A stretch of DNA of 63,195 bases, filler included, from Rozella allomycis CSF55 (lineage: Eukaryota): the NCBI GenBank assembly GCA_000442015.1. It is 11 parts of 11 records of this genome, joined end to end, with 100 filler letters (N's around TTAATTAATTAA, not from the genome) between each part and the next. Parts side by side here need not be neighbours in the genome. Positions count along the whole stretch, not along the records: positions 41,110 to 42,928 come from KE560768.1; positions 43,029 to 44,301 come from KE560769.1; positions 44,402 to 45,516 come from KE560770.1; positions 45,617 to 55,763 come from KE560773.1; 7 more parts are not named here. The stretch is one strand, 5' to 3'. How positions within the stretch are numbered: position 1 is the stretch's first letter; each line of letters starts with the position of its first letter. Of the stretch, positions 41,852 through 54,103 are shown in pieces. Made by a program: the position numbers and the translations under genes. The notes beneath the pieces are model-generated. The model searched no databases, had not been told where the DNA came from, and saw nothing but the letters and a program-made list of their open reading frames with translations.

Positions 41852-42928
41852 ATGTCAGAGTTTGAAGTCGATTCAGATAATAACGAATTAAAAGCAATCA
41901 GTGAAAATGCAGAAACTTCTGAATTGAAAACTCTGGATGCCAATGCACGTAAGAATAAAATCCCAAGCTATACGTAATGTCTTTTGTACCCTCATATTTA
42001 GATCTACTTACCAAGATATTCAGCAAGCTATGAATATAACTCATTTTGAAAAACTAATGAATACTTTCAAAAAGGCAGAGGCTGAAGGTGAAAGTGGTTT
42101 TGAGCTCGACAAGGTAGTTCATTCTTGTTACTATAAAAGTTTCGCCGTGTTTTCGGAGAAATTCTTTCTGGAAACTTAAATTATGAGGCCATGACCATGT
42201 TGTTCATGAAAATTGATGCCAACTCGGATGGCACAATAGACTGGGACGAGTTTTCAACTTACATGATGATGGGACAGATAGAGCTAGGCGACAGGGTAAA
42301 CAGTTTACGTCTTTCAAATTTTAGAAGCAAGTTTTTGTTGAAAAAGACAAAAAGACGCTGCACTGTAAGAGTAAAGACATGATAAAGCGGATTGATTATA
42401 TTCAAAAGGAAAGGAAATATGTGACAGTCAGGTAAACATATACATTAATATTCACCAGTCGAGATGCTATTGCAACTTTGTGGAATCCTGAATTTGTACT
42501 TCAAAAATCTATAAACTTAAAAGACTTGATCAGAACTGATTCATGGGTTACAGATGCTTGTTTTCTACATGAATATAATAAGCTTGCATTGATAAATGAC
42601 GACCGGTTGTAAAACAAAATTTTCTTTGTAATGCCGAGATTGTGTATTTTTGATATCTTGTCCATAAAACCACGTTGCGTTTTGATAGCGGGACCAATCG
42701 AAAATAACCCCCTTTCAATTTGTTTTGCGAGATCACATGATGAAGAGAATGATATGATATTATTTGGAGATGATGGGGGCTATATGAATATTCTAACATT
42801 TCAAAGACGATTCTTTATTGAGAATGCAACAGATGGCGATCCTATTCTTTTCAATTCCAGTTTAATGGCACAAAAGAAGAATAAAATAGGAATGAACTAT
42901 ACAAGAGTAATAACAATAGAAATATTCT
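41852..42928 (+). CDS. EF-hand + WD40 protein (WDR49/EFCAB8/WDY-like, ciliary), 3' truncated
   Basis: LFMKIDANSDGTIDWDEFSTYM EF-hand followed by WD-like segments (WVTDA, LFGDDGG). Confidence 0.7.
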
Positions 42929-43028
42929 NNNNNNNNNNNNNNNNNNNNNNNNNNNNNNNNNNNNNNNNNNNNTTAATTAATTAANNNNNNNNNNNNNNNN
43001 NNNNNNNNNNNNNNNNNNNNNNNNNNNN

Positions 43029-43624
43029 TCTGTAAACGCCTTCCAATTAGCCTTGTCTCTTCAATTGGCGCTAAATGTATGAAATTTAACTATATTAGTG
43101 AGACAGAATAGACTAAAAATGACAACTGAAACAGTTTTAATGATTTCAGGGTCATATCCAAGCGGAGTTAACACGCTATCAATTGTTGGAGATTTACAGG
43201 TTTATCAACGAAATAAAATTCCTGATCAAGGAAGCAAATATTTCTACAATACTAACTATCTAGATACGAATAACTTGGACTGGAACACTCTAATCGGAAT
43301 GCAGTTTGCGCACAATGGTAAATGCTTATATATGAAAGCATAGAATCCGTGATTGTTAATAATTACAGGACCTTTTGGTCTTTAGGAAACAGTAGAATCC
43401 TCACCCTGAATGCACATTTCTTCGTACCACAATCAAAAATTATATATTCTCCCAGTATAAACGAGATCCTGAAGAATGCTTGGTTGCAATTTGTATCAGT
43501 GTATGTGGTAATGGCTCTAATTATTTGGCCCTTTTACAAATTCTTCATTGAAAGATCAAATTTCTACATACGTAGCACTCTTCCCAATTCCAATAATGAA
43601 CACTGGAAACGAATAAAGTTTTAA
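43029..43624 (+). CDS. TMEM231: Transition-zone protein TMEM231, C-terminal fragment
   Basis: LSIVGDLQVYQ..., IIYSPSINEILKNAWLQFVSVY, then a TM helix. Confidence 0.7.
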
Positions 43625-43706
43625 CATAATTATTTCTTCATATTAAGAATCAATGATACTTTTTATTTAGCGAGACATTGCCATAGGTAAAATAAACAGA
43701 CAAATA

Positions 43707-43901
43707 TTATTGGTTAGATTTTTGTTCAGACAAGGCGGTTTGAACTGTTTCAAGGTTTAGACTGGTTTGCTCGTCCAGTGCAGCTTTATGAGATGACAAG
43801 AATTTGGATAATTTTTTAAAAGCTTTTTTGGAACTTAAAGGTTCTTCACTTAAGATTTCAAAATGTTGGAATTCAAAAGAGTTCAGAAAATTTCCGCGCA
43901 T
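43707..43901 (-). CDS. Small hypothetical protein (64 aa)
   Basis: Clean ATG-started ORF filling the space between TMEM231 and ALADIN; weak resemblance to Pol I A14-like helices, unverified. Confidence 0.4.
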   Translation of the reverse strand: MRGNFLNSFEFQHFEILSEEPLSSKKAFKKLSKFLSSHKAALDEQTSLNLETVQTALSEQKSNQ

Positions 43902-43934
43902 TATTTTGACAAGGGTAGAAATGAATTTATTGGA

Positions 43935-44301
43935 TTAAATGTATATGGCCGATGTTTCAGTCTTATATAAAAAAGGATAGAAACTAAGTTTTCCATTAGA
44001 CCATACAATGCAAAGTAAAGAGCCGTAATCACAAAGACTTGCAAACTTAAAGTCTACAGCATCGGGACATCTATCGTTTTTTGATTTACTAATTGGGCCT
44101 TGAATATATCCTAAAAGTAATGTCTTGCTATTTGTATCTGGTCTTGCAATCAATACCGCCAATTGACTGATATTGTTGAAAGACACAACAATCCTTTCCC
44201 CATTATTATCGATAGCAATTTTCTTAATTGATAAGAACCTAAATTATATTACAACAATAAATACCTTCCAAGATCAAACTTTGAATGATCTTTGAATTCA
44301 T
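43935..44301 (-). CDS. AAAS: Nucleoporin ALADIN, C-terminal fragment
   Basis: IAIDNNGERIVVSF..., LLGYIQGP, GSLLCIVWSNGKLSFYPFLY (ALADIN C-terminal pattern). Confidence 0.7.
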
Positions 44302-44401
44302 NNNNNNNNNNNNNNNNNNNNNNNNNNNNNNNNNNNNNNNNNNNNTTAATTAATTAANNNNNNNNNNNNNNNNNNNNNNNNNNNNNNNNNNNNNNNNNNN
44401 N

Positions 44402-45357
44402 ATTCAACGCATGAAAAGTGGAGTTGGAGGTGGAATTAGTGTTGGAGGTGGAATTAGTGTTAGTGTTAGTGTTAGATGTTCTATCAGTATCAGTTAATCC
44501 TTTGTCATTCAATTTCATTCCATTGTTCATGCTTTCACTCAATTCAACCTCTACTCTTTCACCTCTTACTCTTTCACCCCTTACTCTTTCACCCCCCTCT
44601 ACTTCAATCCCCTCAACATCTTCAACTCCTTTCAGTCGCTGCCTGTTAAATCTCACATACCAATTCGTTAATTGATCAATAAATTTAACCAAAGGTGGAA
44701 CTACTTGATACAATTTGTAATTCTTCATTTCTGTTCTCACAGTCTCAATCAACGTCTGCGTAGCTGCCAATATCCATCTATCCATCAAATTGTCTGAATA
44801 AACACTCTCATCACACTGGAATTTAACTCCATTCTCTTGCTCATAAATCTCAACTTGACTCGCAAAAAATTTAAACGCATTAAACCACGGATTCAACACA
44901 TCCTTAACAAAGGAATTTAAACTTTCTTACCTTGGATATTCCCTTTACACCCTCTTCTTTAAATCTCAAACTCTCTGCTCTCACAACAGGTGAATTAATC
45001 AAATAAAGTCTCAATGAATCTGCTCCATACTCATTCAAAATAACATTTGGTTCTGGATAATTCTTCAATCGTTTACTCATCTTCTTTCCATCCTCTGCCA
45101 ACACTAATCCATTCACTATCAAATTCTTAAACGCTGGCTTATCAAACAAATGCGTAGATATAACCATCAACGTATAAAACCATCCCCTAGTTTGATCCAA
45201 CCCCTCCGCTATAAAATCAGCGGGAAACGATTTTTTAAACTTTTCTTCATTCTCAAACGGATAATGCTGCTGTGCATATGGCATACTTTATTCATTCATC
45301 ATTCTCTATTACCTGCCACTCTCAAACCAACAATCAAACACTTCATCAACCCTTCTC
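44402..45357 (-). CDS. IARS1: Cytosolic isoleucyl-tRNA synthetase, internal fragment
   Basis: [70 protein letters not shown]. Confidence 0.95.
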
Positions 45358-45616
45358 NGGTGATCTAACTATCGCACGGAATCGTCAATGCTCATGCAAC
45401 GGCTACGCCTGAATCGCCACTATCTTTTATTTTAAATAATTAAATAAACTTGATATTCTTAGAGTTAGTGTGTATTGGAGGTGAAAATGGTATTAACTCA
45501 ACATGCCAATAATCGTNNNNNNNNNNNNNNNNNNNNNNNNNNNNNNNNNNNNNNNNNNNNTTAATTAATTAANNNNNNNNNNNNNNNNNNNNNNNNNNNN
45601 NNNNNNNNNNNNNNNN

Positions 45617-46513
45617 AACTTTCGTGTATTGAGTATCAGGATTTAATTCTGGAGTATATTTTGGAGGACTGATTATTCCAAAGTTTTCTTCAAAGTGATT
45701 CATTCCCAAGTTGCCAAATTTATCGGCGCTCATGGGTTTCGCGGCACCATTATCTCTAATTAAGTCATGCAAATGGCGGATTTCGCTATTTAGTTTCAGT
45801 CTTTTAAGGTAAATATAATTCATCTTACATTTTTTGATTTAGCAAGTCATTTTCGTCAGCCTTTTGGTACATTATTTCTTGCATTTCGTTACACTTTAAA
45901 AGAACGCGTTCCTTTTCTTCTTTTTCATATTCAATAGATTTCTTTAATTTTTCATTTTCTTTGAAACAAAGATTACCATATATTACCTTCCGTCAGTGAC
46001 TCTATGCGTGTCTTTTTATGGTCGAGGCTATTGATATCCGATTCTAATCTACTAAATGCCTTTTCTATTTGCGAAATCTTTTTTTCATAACGCTGAAAAC
46101 AGATTGAAAATCTTTAAACCTGGAATATTTTCTGCAAGGTTTGGTATAGCTCTGCTTGCTTCCTCTTGATTGATTCCTCAAAGTCCCTCTAATATAATTC
46201 ATTAAGATAGCGTACTTTTGGCTTTTATTAAGTTTTCTAGTAACCGATGAGGCATTTTTGATGGAATCGTCTATTTTCTTAACACGTTGCTTGTATTCAT
46301 CAAAATCTTTAGCCAAGTTGCAAGAGTATGTCTTTTGTATAGTATCATCTGCTTGCTTACTTGCATTACTTTATTGCAATCCTCTATACATTGTTGCAAG
46401 TTCTTCAAAGTCATACCACCGAGGAAGTAAACAATGCCAAGCAGGCAGATTAAAAAACCATATTCTATTAAGGTTTTAAACAGCGGTTTCGGAAAATGGT
46501 TTACAAAATTCAA
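45617..46513 (-). CDS. Hypothetical coiled-coil protein (multi-exon, 3' truncated)
   Basis: Chain of short minus-strand exons with GT-AG micro-introns and charged helical sequence; start uncertain. Confidence 0.4.
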
Positions 46514-46699
46514 GAATTTGGAAGCTGCTAAATTGGCTTGCTCAATAGAAAATAAAGATGCATAGCCTGCATGATGTGCTCAGGGTAATCTTAATAAATT
46601 CAATTTTATTCTTTAAAAAATATATAAGAGCCCACAAAATTATTGTTCCCAGCCCACGCACTGTAGCTTACGTGTGAAAATGTGGCGAAAAATGAAAAT

Positions 46700-46996
46700 T
46701 GATCTTTCTAGCACACTTTTGACAGTCCCCCGGTTGGCACTTTATAAAGTAATTTAAAGAAAACTAATAAATAAACACTTTTAGAGCTTTTACTCAAGGG
46801 TCGCATTTATACCCCGACCCTGGCTTCTCACTTCTTTTCCGAAATTTCCTTCACACTCTTATTTTTTAGGCTTTGCGGCTGTGTTATACCCATAACATTG
46901 ATATTTTTGCTAGATCTCTTGACTACCTCGCTAAATAATAAGCCGGAAGTGAGAGCAGCCGGATTGCTAACTCTTTCACTTCCAACACTCTCCCTC
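46700..46996 (-). repeat. Polypurine tract and start of the copia 3' LTR (distal LTR end uncertain)
   Basis: Minus strand GAGGGAGAG (46996-46988) immediately followed by TGTTGG at 46987; TATAAA box further in. Confidence 0.6.
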
Positions 46997-49900
46997 AAGC
47001 TGGCTGGTCTCCTTACGATTCCCATTGAGTGTCTATGTCTCTCAAATGCTTCTCTCGGCAATCCTTGCGTTAATGCACCCGCTGTCATATCCCTAGTGTT
47101 CAAGTATTGTAAATAAATTCTTCCTTTGTCTATCTTATCTCTTATGAAATGATATCTATTTTCTATATGTTTAGTTTTCTCATTTGATTCGTAAGTGTGA
47201 GCTAATCTTATCGCACTCTGGTTATCCTCATTGATCCTCACTGTTAGAGGTTTCCATCGTCTTGGTATGTCCAATTCTTGAGTAGTTTTATCATCCATAA
47301 TTCTTCCTTGCTTGTATCCGCCAGTGCCATGTACTCCGCTTCTGCCGTGCTCAACGCATTTGTCTTTTGTTTTAGTCTCTTCCAACTTACCAAATTTCCA
47401 TCAATAAATATTAAATATCCTGTTGTACTCTTTCTTGTATCTTTGTCTGTTGCCCAATCGGCATCACTAAACCCTTTCACTTGTATTCGTCCTTTTTCAC
47501 ACTTGCTGCGCCATCGTCACACTTGTATGTGAGACAAAAATCCTTCGTTTCCTTTAAATATCTCATAATCCTCTTGACTAATGTCCAATGTTGCTCCCCT
47601 GGATTTTCCACGAATCTGCTTGCCATATTCACAGCGCTGCTAATGTCCGGTCGTGTTATTGCTTGAATCCATTGAAGATTCTCTATTGCCTCCCGATATG
47701 GTATATCTTTCATTCTAAACTTCTCATCTTCATTTGGCGGGCTTTGCAATGTGCTATAGTCGGCCCCACTTTCCATTGGTGTGGACATTCCTGCGCATTC
47801 TTCCAATCCACACTTCTTCAAGGTATCTTCAATAAATGTTTCTTGTGACAGTCGTATCTCTTTCGTTTCTTCATCTTGTTCAATGTTAATGCCTAAGCAC
47901 CAATTCAATTTCCCAAGTCTTATATTTTGTATTGAGAGTTCAGGTTTGCTTTCGTCTCACTCAGCATTTCTTTGCTATTTGTTGCCAATATGATATCATC
48001 TACGTAAAGTGCCAATATAATCATCTTATTTTTTCTTTTCTTGATGTATACGCAGTAGTCGGACTTGCATCTCTTGAATATCGCCTTTTTCAAATCCTTG
48101 TCAATGCGCATGTTCTATTGTCGTCCAGCTTGTTTCAATCCATATAGTGATTTTCTCAGCTTACATACTTTCGTNATTTTGCTCGTTGGCTTTCCTCTCC
48201 TTCAGTTTCGTATGATTCTTTCAATCTTTCCAGTTTCCTGCTTGAGTCTTCTTCAATTTCCTTTTGCATCATCATTTCTAGGGTCTCTATTGAACCTCCT
48301 TCTTCTCCTTCGCTCAATCTCTCCACAATTCCATCAATCATTCCTTCAAATTCCACTTCTNCGATACGCAGTTTCTACGTCTAATTGATGCAATGTATAA
48401 TTGCGGGACGCGGTCAAGTGCAATAATTGCCTTTATTGATGTATGTTTTGCTACTGGTGCGTATGTTTCGAAATAATCTCTCCCTTTCTACTGAGCGTGA
48501 CCACGAAAAACCAATCGACTCTTGTATTTCAACGATGTTCCATGTCCATCAATTTTCTTCACATTTACCCATCTGCATGTGTGCACTTTCTCACCTTCGG
48601 GCCACTCAACTAGCTCCCATGTTTCCTGATCTTTTAAGGACTTTATTTCCTTTTCCATGGCTTCATGCCATGTCTTTGAATCATCTGTTCAGATTGCTCC
48701 TTTTTGGATAGTTTTTTAATGCCCGCTTCCTTAGGATTTTCAAAGTAATTTTTCCTCGCGATGTGTCTTAGTTCACCATTCTCACGATTGCGCCAGGTTC
48801 CCAAAATAACTTGACAATCTTCCTTACGTATTTCCCTCGCCTTGAATATATCTCNTTTTGTTGACTTTTATCATTTCCTCGCTTTTTTCGTTTGCTCTCC
48901 TCTCCTTTATTTTCGCTAATGATTCTTTCAATCTTTCCAATTTCCTGCTTGATGCTTCTTCAATTTCCTTTTGTATCATCTTTTCGAGGGTCTCTATTGA
49001 ACCTNGTTTTGTTCGTTGGCTTTCCTCTCCTTCATTTTCGCTAATGATTCTTTTAATCTTTCCAATTTCCTGCTTGATTCTTCTTCAATTTCCTTTTGCA
49101 TCATCTTTTCTAGGGTCTCTATTGAACCTCCTTCTTCTCCTCCGCTCAATCTCTCCACAATTCCATCAATCATTCCTTCAAATTCCATTCCTTCATTGTC
49201 ATCCTCATCTTCATCGTGATTTCCATTAATAAATCTAACATGCGTTGTTGTTTTCACTTTATTTGTCTTTCCGACTCTCACTCTGAACATTCTGTGTCCA
49301 TGACCATAACCTACTAAGTAGTGTAATTCCGCCTTCCCGTCTAACTTGGATCTCTTGCTCTTGTCAATATGCACGTAACAAGCACTCCCAATCTCTCTCA
49401 TGTGACTTACGTCTGGTTTCGTACCACTGTAAATTTCCTCTGGCGTTTTCCCGCCCAAAATTTTGGTGGGTGTTCTATTCTGTATATAACAAGCAGTATT
49501 CGCCATTTCACCCCAAAATTCTTTAGGTAGGTCTCCATCTTCCAATAAACATCTCACTTTTTCAATTATTGTCCTATTCATCCTCTCGGCTATATAACCC
49601 CTTTCCCCCCAGTTTGGGTCTCGATCTGCTTGATTGTTTCGATGACTTTTTCTTTAGCATCTGACTTCTTAGCTATCAAGTGAATAAAACATTGTCTCGA
49701 GTGATCATCAATTATTGTCAGGACATACTTTTTTCCACTTATTGTCTACTTCTCCATGGGTCCCATTATGTCCGTATGTNACTGTATATTTCCTCTGGGG
49801 TTTTCCCGCCCAAAATTTTGGTGGGTGTTCTATTCTGTATATAACAAGCAGTATTCGCCATTTCACCCCAAAATTCTTTAGGTAGGTCTCCATCTTCCAA

Positions 49901-52322
49901 TAAACATCTCACTTTTTCTATTCATCCTCTCGGCTATAGCATTCATTTCTGGGGTGTGAGCATCTGTAGTAGTGTGGATGATGCCCCGTTTTTTCAATTC
50001 TTTCTTAAATTCTCTGTCAAGATATTCCCCACCATTATCACTCCTTATCTCCTTTACTTTCTCTCCAATTTGAGTCTCGATCTGGTTGATGGTTTCGATG
50101 ACTTTTTCTTTAGCATCTGACTTCTTAGCTATCAAGTGAATAAAACATTGTCTCGAGTGATCATCAATTATTGTCAGGACATACTTTTTTCCACTTATTG
50201 TCTACTTCTCCATGGGTCCCATTATGTCCGTATGTAGTTTGGCGCCAATTTTCATTTCTCTCACTAGGGTTCCTTTGAATGATAACCTTGTAGCCTTGTG
50301 TTTTGCACATGTGTGACAGAATGATCCTTGAATAATGGTATCCCTTCCACCACTTCATTCTTACTCATCTGTCTCAGGTATGATTCGCACACATGTCCTA
50401 ATCGTCGATGCCATGTGTCCTGTTCATTCTTCTGTTCACTTACATTTAGTGCTCGCGTCTCACGTTTCATTGATTTTATCGTGAAAAGCTGTCTCTCTAG
50501 CTTACCTCTCATGATCTCACACTCACGTCTTCTCACNGTTCTCCTTGAACAATGGTATACCTTCCACCACTTCATTCTCACTCATTTGTCTCAGGTATGA
50601 TTCGCATACATGTTCCAATCGTCGATGCCATGTGTCCATTTCATTCTTCTTTTCGCTTACATTCAGTGCTCGCATCTCACGTNTATTTCTCTCACTAGGG
50701 TCCCCATAAATGATGCCCTTGTAGCCTTATGCTTCGCACATGTGTGCCAAACGATAGTGAGTCATTCTCCTTGAACAGTGGCATACCTTCCACCACTTCA
50801 TTCTTACTCATTTGTCTNACGTCCTATTCATCCTCTCGGCTATAGCATTCATTTCTGGAGTGTGAGCATCTGTAGTAGTGTGGATGATGCCCCGTTTTTT
50901 CAATTCTTTCTTAAATTCTCGGTCAAGATATTCCCCGCCACTATCACTTCTTATCTCCTTTACTTTCTCTCCAGTTTGAGTCTCGATCTGGTTGATGGTT
51001 TCGATGACTTTTTCGTTGGCATCTGACTTCTTAGTTATCAAGTGAATAAAACATTTTCTCGAGTGATCATCAATTATTGTCAGAACATACCTTTTTCCAC
51101 TTATTGTCTCCTTCTCCATGGGTCCCATTATGTCCGTATGTAGTTTGGCGCCAATTTTCATTTCTCTCACTAGGGTTCCCTTGAATGATGCTCTTGTGGC
51201 CTTGTGTTTTGCACATGTGTGACAGAATGATAATGATTCATTCTCCTTGAACAATGGTATCCCTGCCACGACTTCATTCTTATTCATCTGCCTCAGGTAT
51301 GATTCGCATACATGTCCTAATCGTCGATGCCATATGTCCATTTCATTCTTCTTTTCACTTACAGTTAGTGCCCGCGTCTCACGTTTCATTGAATTTATTA
51401 GTGAATAGCTGTCTCTCTAGCTTACCTCTCATGATCTCACACTCACGTCTTCTCACACTACACATTTCCTGTTCCATGATGACGGTGATTTCGGGGTTTT
51501 TCAACAACTTTGGTATGAACATTAAATTTGAATTCATTGAAGGAACATGTAAAACATTGTATAACCTAACCTCTTTTATTTCTCCCTTGCTGTTCCTGAC
51601 TCGAAGTGGTATTTCTCCGGACCCTACAATTTTCATATTTTCGGAACCTGAAGTTGACACACTCCTTGAATTTTTCTTCTCAATGTAATTCTCGAATAGT
51701 TCACGGTGAGGTGACATGTGTGAAGTCGCACCCGAATCCACTATCCACTCAACATATTCGCTTTCACTTTCACTAATCATCATGGTTCTTTCTTCTATTT
51801 CTTCTCGCATAATTAATGCGGTTTCACTTTCGTCGCTTGATGAATCTTCATCGGCCATATTGGCTTGTTCTTTTGGTTTCGCCTCTCGTCTCGCCTTCCC
51901 ATTATCTTTGTTAGTCGATTTCTTCCATAGTGGGCAATCGAACTTTCGATGCCCTGTTTCATCACATACGTAACATCTTCCGGTGTACCACCTCGGTTCT
52001 TCGTCTCTTTGACTTTCCCGCCTAAAATTCATTGTCTTCACCTGTTTCGTAATCNACCCTTTGACTTTCCCGCCTAAAATTCGTTGTCTTCACCTGTTTC
52101 GTAATCATTGCAACATGGTCTTCCTCCTTTGTTTCTAGTTGATTCATTGTTATTTGACCTGCTTTCCAAGCCTTTCTCAGCTCAGTTGTCCTTGCGTGTG
52201 CTTCCTCCCGTTGTGCGTGCGACTTGAGATAAACGGTTCCTCGATTCTTTGGCTTTCCTTAAAAGTATCGCCCATGCTGTGTCCAATGTGCAAAATATCG
52301 AAACTAATGTGGTATACCACAG
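46700..52322 (-). mobile_element. Ty1/copia LTR retrotransposon, collapsed mosaic of several copies
   Basis: Order gag zinc knuckle (CYVCDETGHRKFDC), protease (WIVDSGATSHM), GAG-pre-integrase (WHRRLGH), integrase (IRSDNGGEY, NAIAERMNRT), RT (LYVDD, TRPDI), RNase H (FSDADW, STAEAEY, KHIENRYHF); many N joints and frameshifts. Confidence 0.93.
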
Positions 52323-52519
52323 NTAACACTACTGCATTTGTAATGACATGGTTCAAAAACGATGTCGACGCAGTAGCTGCAAGTAAACTGTCGTTCAAGG
52401 CTAGAAGAACGACTTAATTCTCGTATTATTTAAGGTNGAAGATAAGTTTTAAATTAGCAAAAAGGAATGCATCAATGATTCTGAGTAGACTGGCATAAAT
52501 ACTTAAATAGAATTATAAA

Positions 52520-52690
52520 GTTTTCCTTTCATTTCATTCTTTTTCATATCATTTTTCTCTTTTATTTCATTTCATTTTACCTTATTCTATTTTCTTTTGT
52601 TTTATTTTGTTTTAGTTTTGTCTTATTTTACTTCTATTCTATTCTATTTTTTTCTATTCTATTCTATTCTATTTTCGTTTTTGTTTTTTC
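52520..52690. repeat. T-rich low-complexity tract with (CTATT)n/(TTTCA)n units
   Basis: Directly visible pyrimidine-rich tract upstream of ORF 52709. Confidence 0.75.
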
Positions 52691-52708
52691 ATCAGCCACA
52701 ATTATAAC

Positions 52709-53431
52709 ATGTCATTGCCTTTTTGTAACGTTTGTGCTATCTCATGTTCAAAAAATATAGATTCTTCAGATGCAGAAATTAAAATGGTTATCAAAGAAAA
52801 ATTTGAATCAGATATTTCTATCCTTTTTCTAGACCCTAAGTATGTAGTTTTTTCATTCAAAGACGTTGAAAAATATAAAAAGTTAATAAACTTGGAGTCC
52901 ACTAGTCAGACCACAAAGAGGCACTCGTATTTTGATTTTACTCTGTGGAAAAATAAATACCGGGTGTATTTTAGATTGGATACTAATAATCACAGCCAAT
53001 TTTTAAATGAATGTAGATTGCTTCGTACTGAAGCATTACGGGTAGAGTATCAGGGCCAGGATGAAAATATTATATCTTACTTGGAGAAGATTTGTGAAAA
53101 TGGGGGTTACTTAATTGTCATGGATTCCTACTTTAGGACCAGTGACATAAGAATGAATGCAGACGTGAAAAAAATGTTCATTTATTGTTTTTTTTACAGG
53201 TTCAATTTCCCATCACCTGTATTTGATCCAGATGAGGCCATCACAGCGCAGATTGAGGGACTTGTGTTGGAAGAAATGTTTTACAACAAGTTATCGTTAG
53301 CTGATAAAGAACGGTATCAAATTGCAGATAAAAATTTGATGCACGCTATCGTGGACAGCATCATTGATGTCCCCCTGTCATTAAATGAGGTAAACAGGGG
53401 GGTGGCATTTATTGATGAAGGTAACACTACT
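52709..53431 (+). CDS. Hypothetical protein; a diverged copy of its 3' part lies at about 53600-53782
   Basis: About 240-aa ORF up to N53432; second copy shares DKERYQ..MHAI..DVP.S.NEVNRGVAFIDEG. Confidence 0.5.
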
Positions 53432-54103
53432 NATACTAGTTATCGAAAAGACTCACATATAAAACTCTTAGGAGATATCAATAAATAGAACGGAGGATAA
53501 TCCATGCTCAATCGACATCAGGTTTACTCTTTTATCTTACGATTTACTATCCAATTTATGAGGATTAAGATANAACGCGTTTGACTGATTTAACAACAAT
53601 TGTATTCGTTCCAGATGAGGCCATCACGGCGCAAATTGGGGGACTTGTCATCGTCAAAAGATAAAGAAAGATATCAAAATACGGATAAAGATTTCATGCA
53701 CGCTATCACCAACGGCATTATGGATGTCCCCATGTCAATAAATGAGGTAAACAGGGGGGTGGCATTTATTGATGAAGGTTAACACTACNAGTTAATTAAA
53801 TAATAAAAAAAATTTAAAAAAATTTTCAATTTTGTTTATTAAAAATTTCTTTTAATGTTTCACATAGTTGATTGTTTCCCTTTTGCAATGTACTCTCAAT
53901 TCTCACACTAATTTTGTCAGCCACCCGATTCATAAACCCTTCTTCATCAAAACTATTCTTTGCCACCTCTGCTTGTTTCATCATTGCGTCTGCTATAGAA
54001 CTAATCCCGTTTGAAATGAATCTGCCAAAATTTCTGGAGCGGCCTTTTTTTCTTTTTTTGGAGTGCTCATCAATTCAACGTCAGCTTCAGATTCGACAAT
54101 TTN

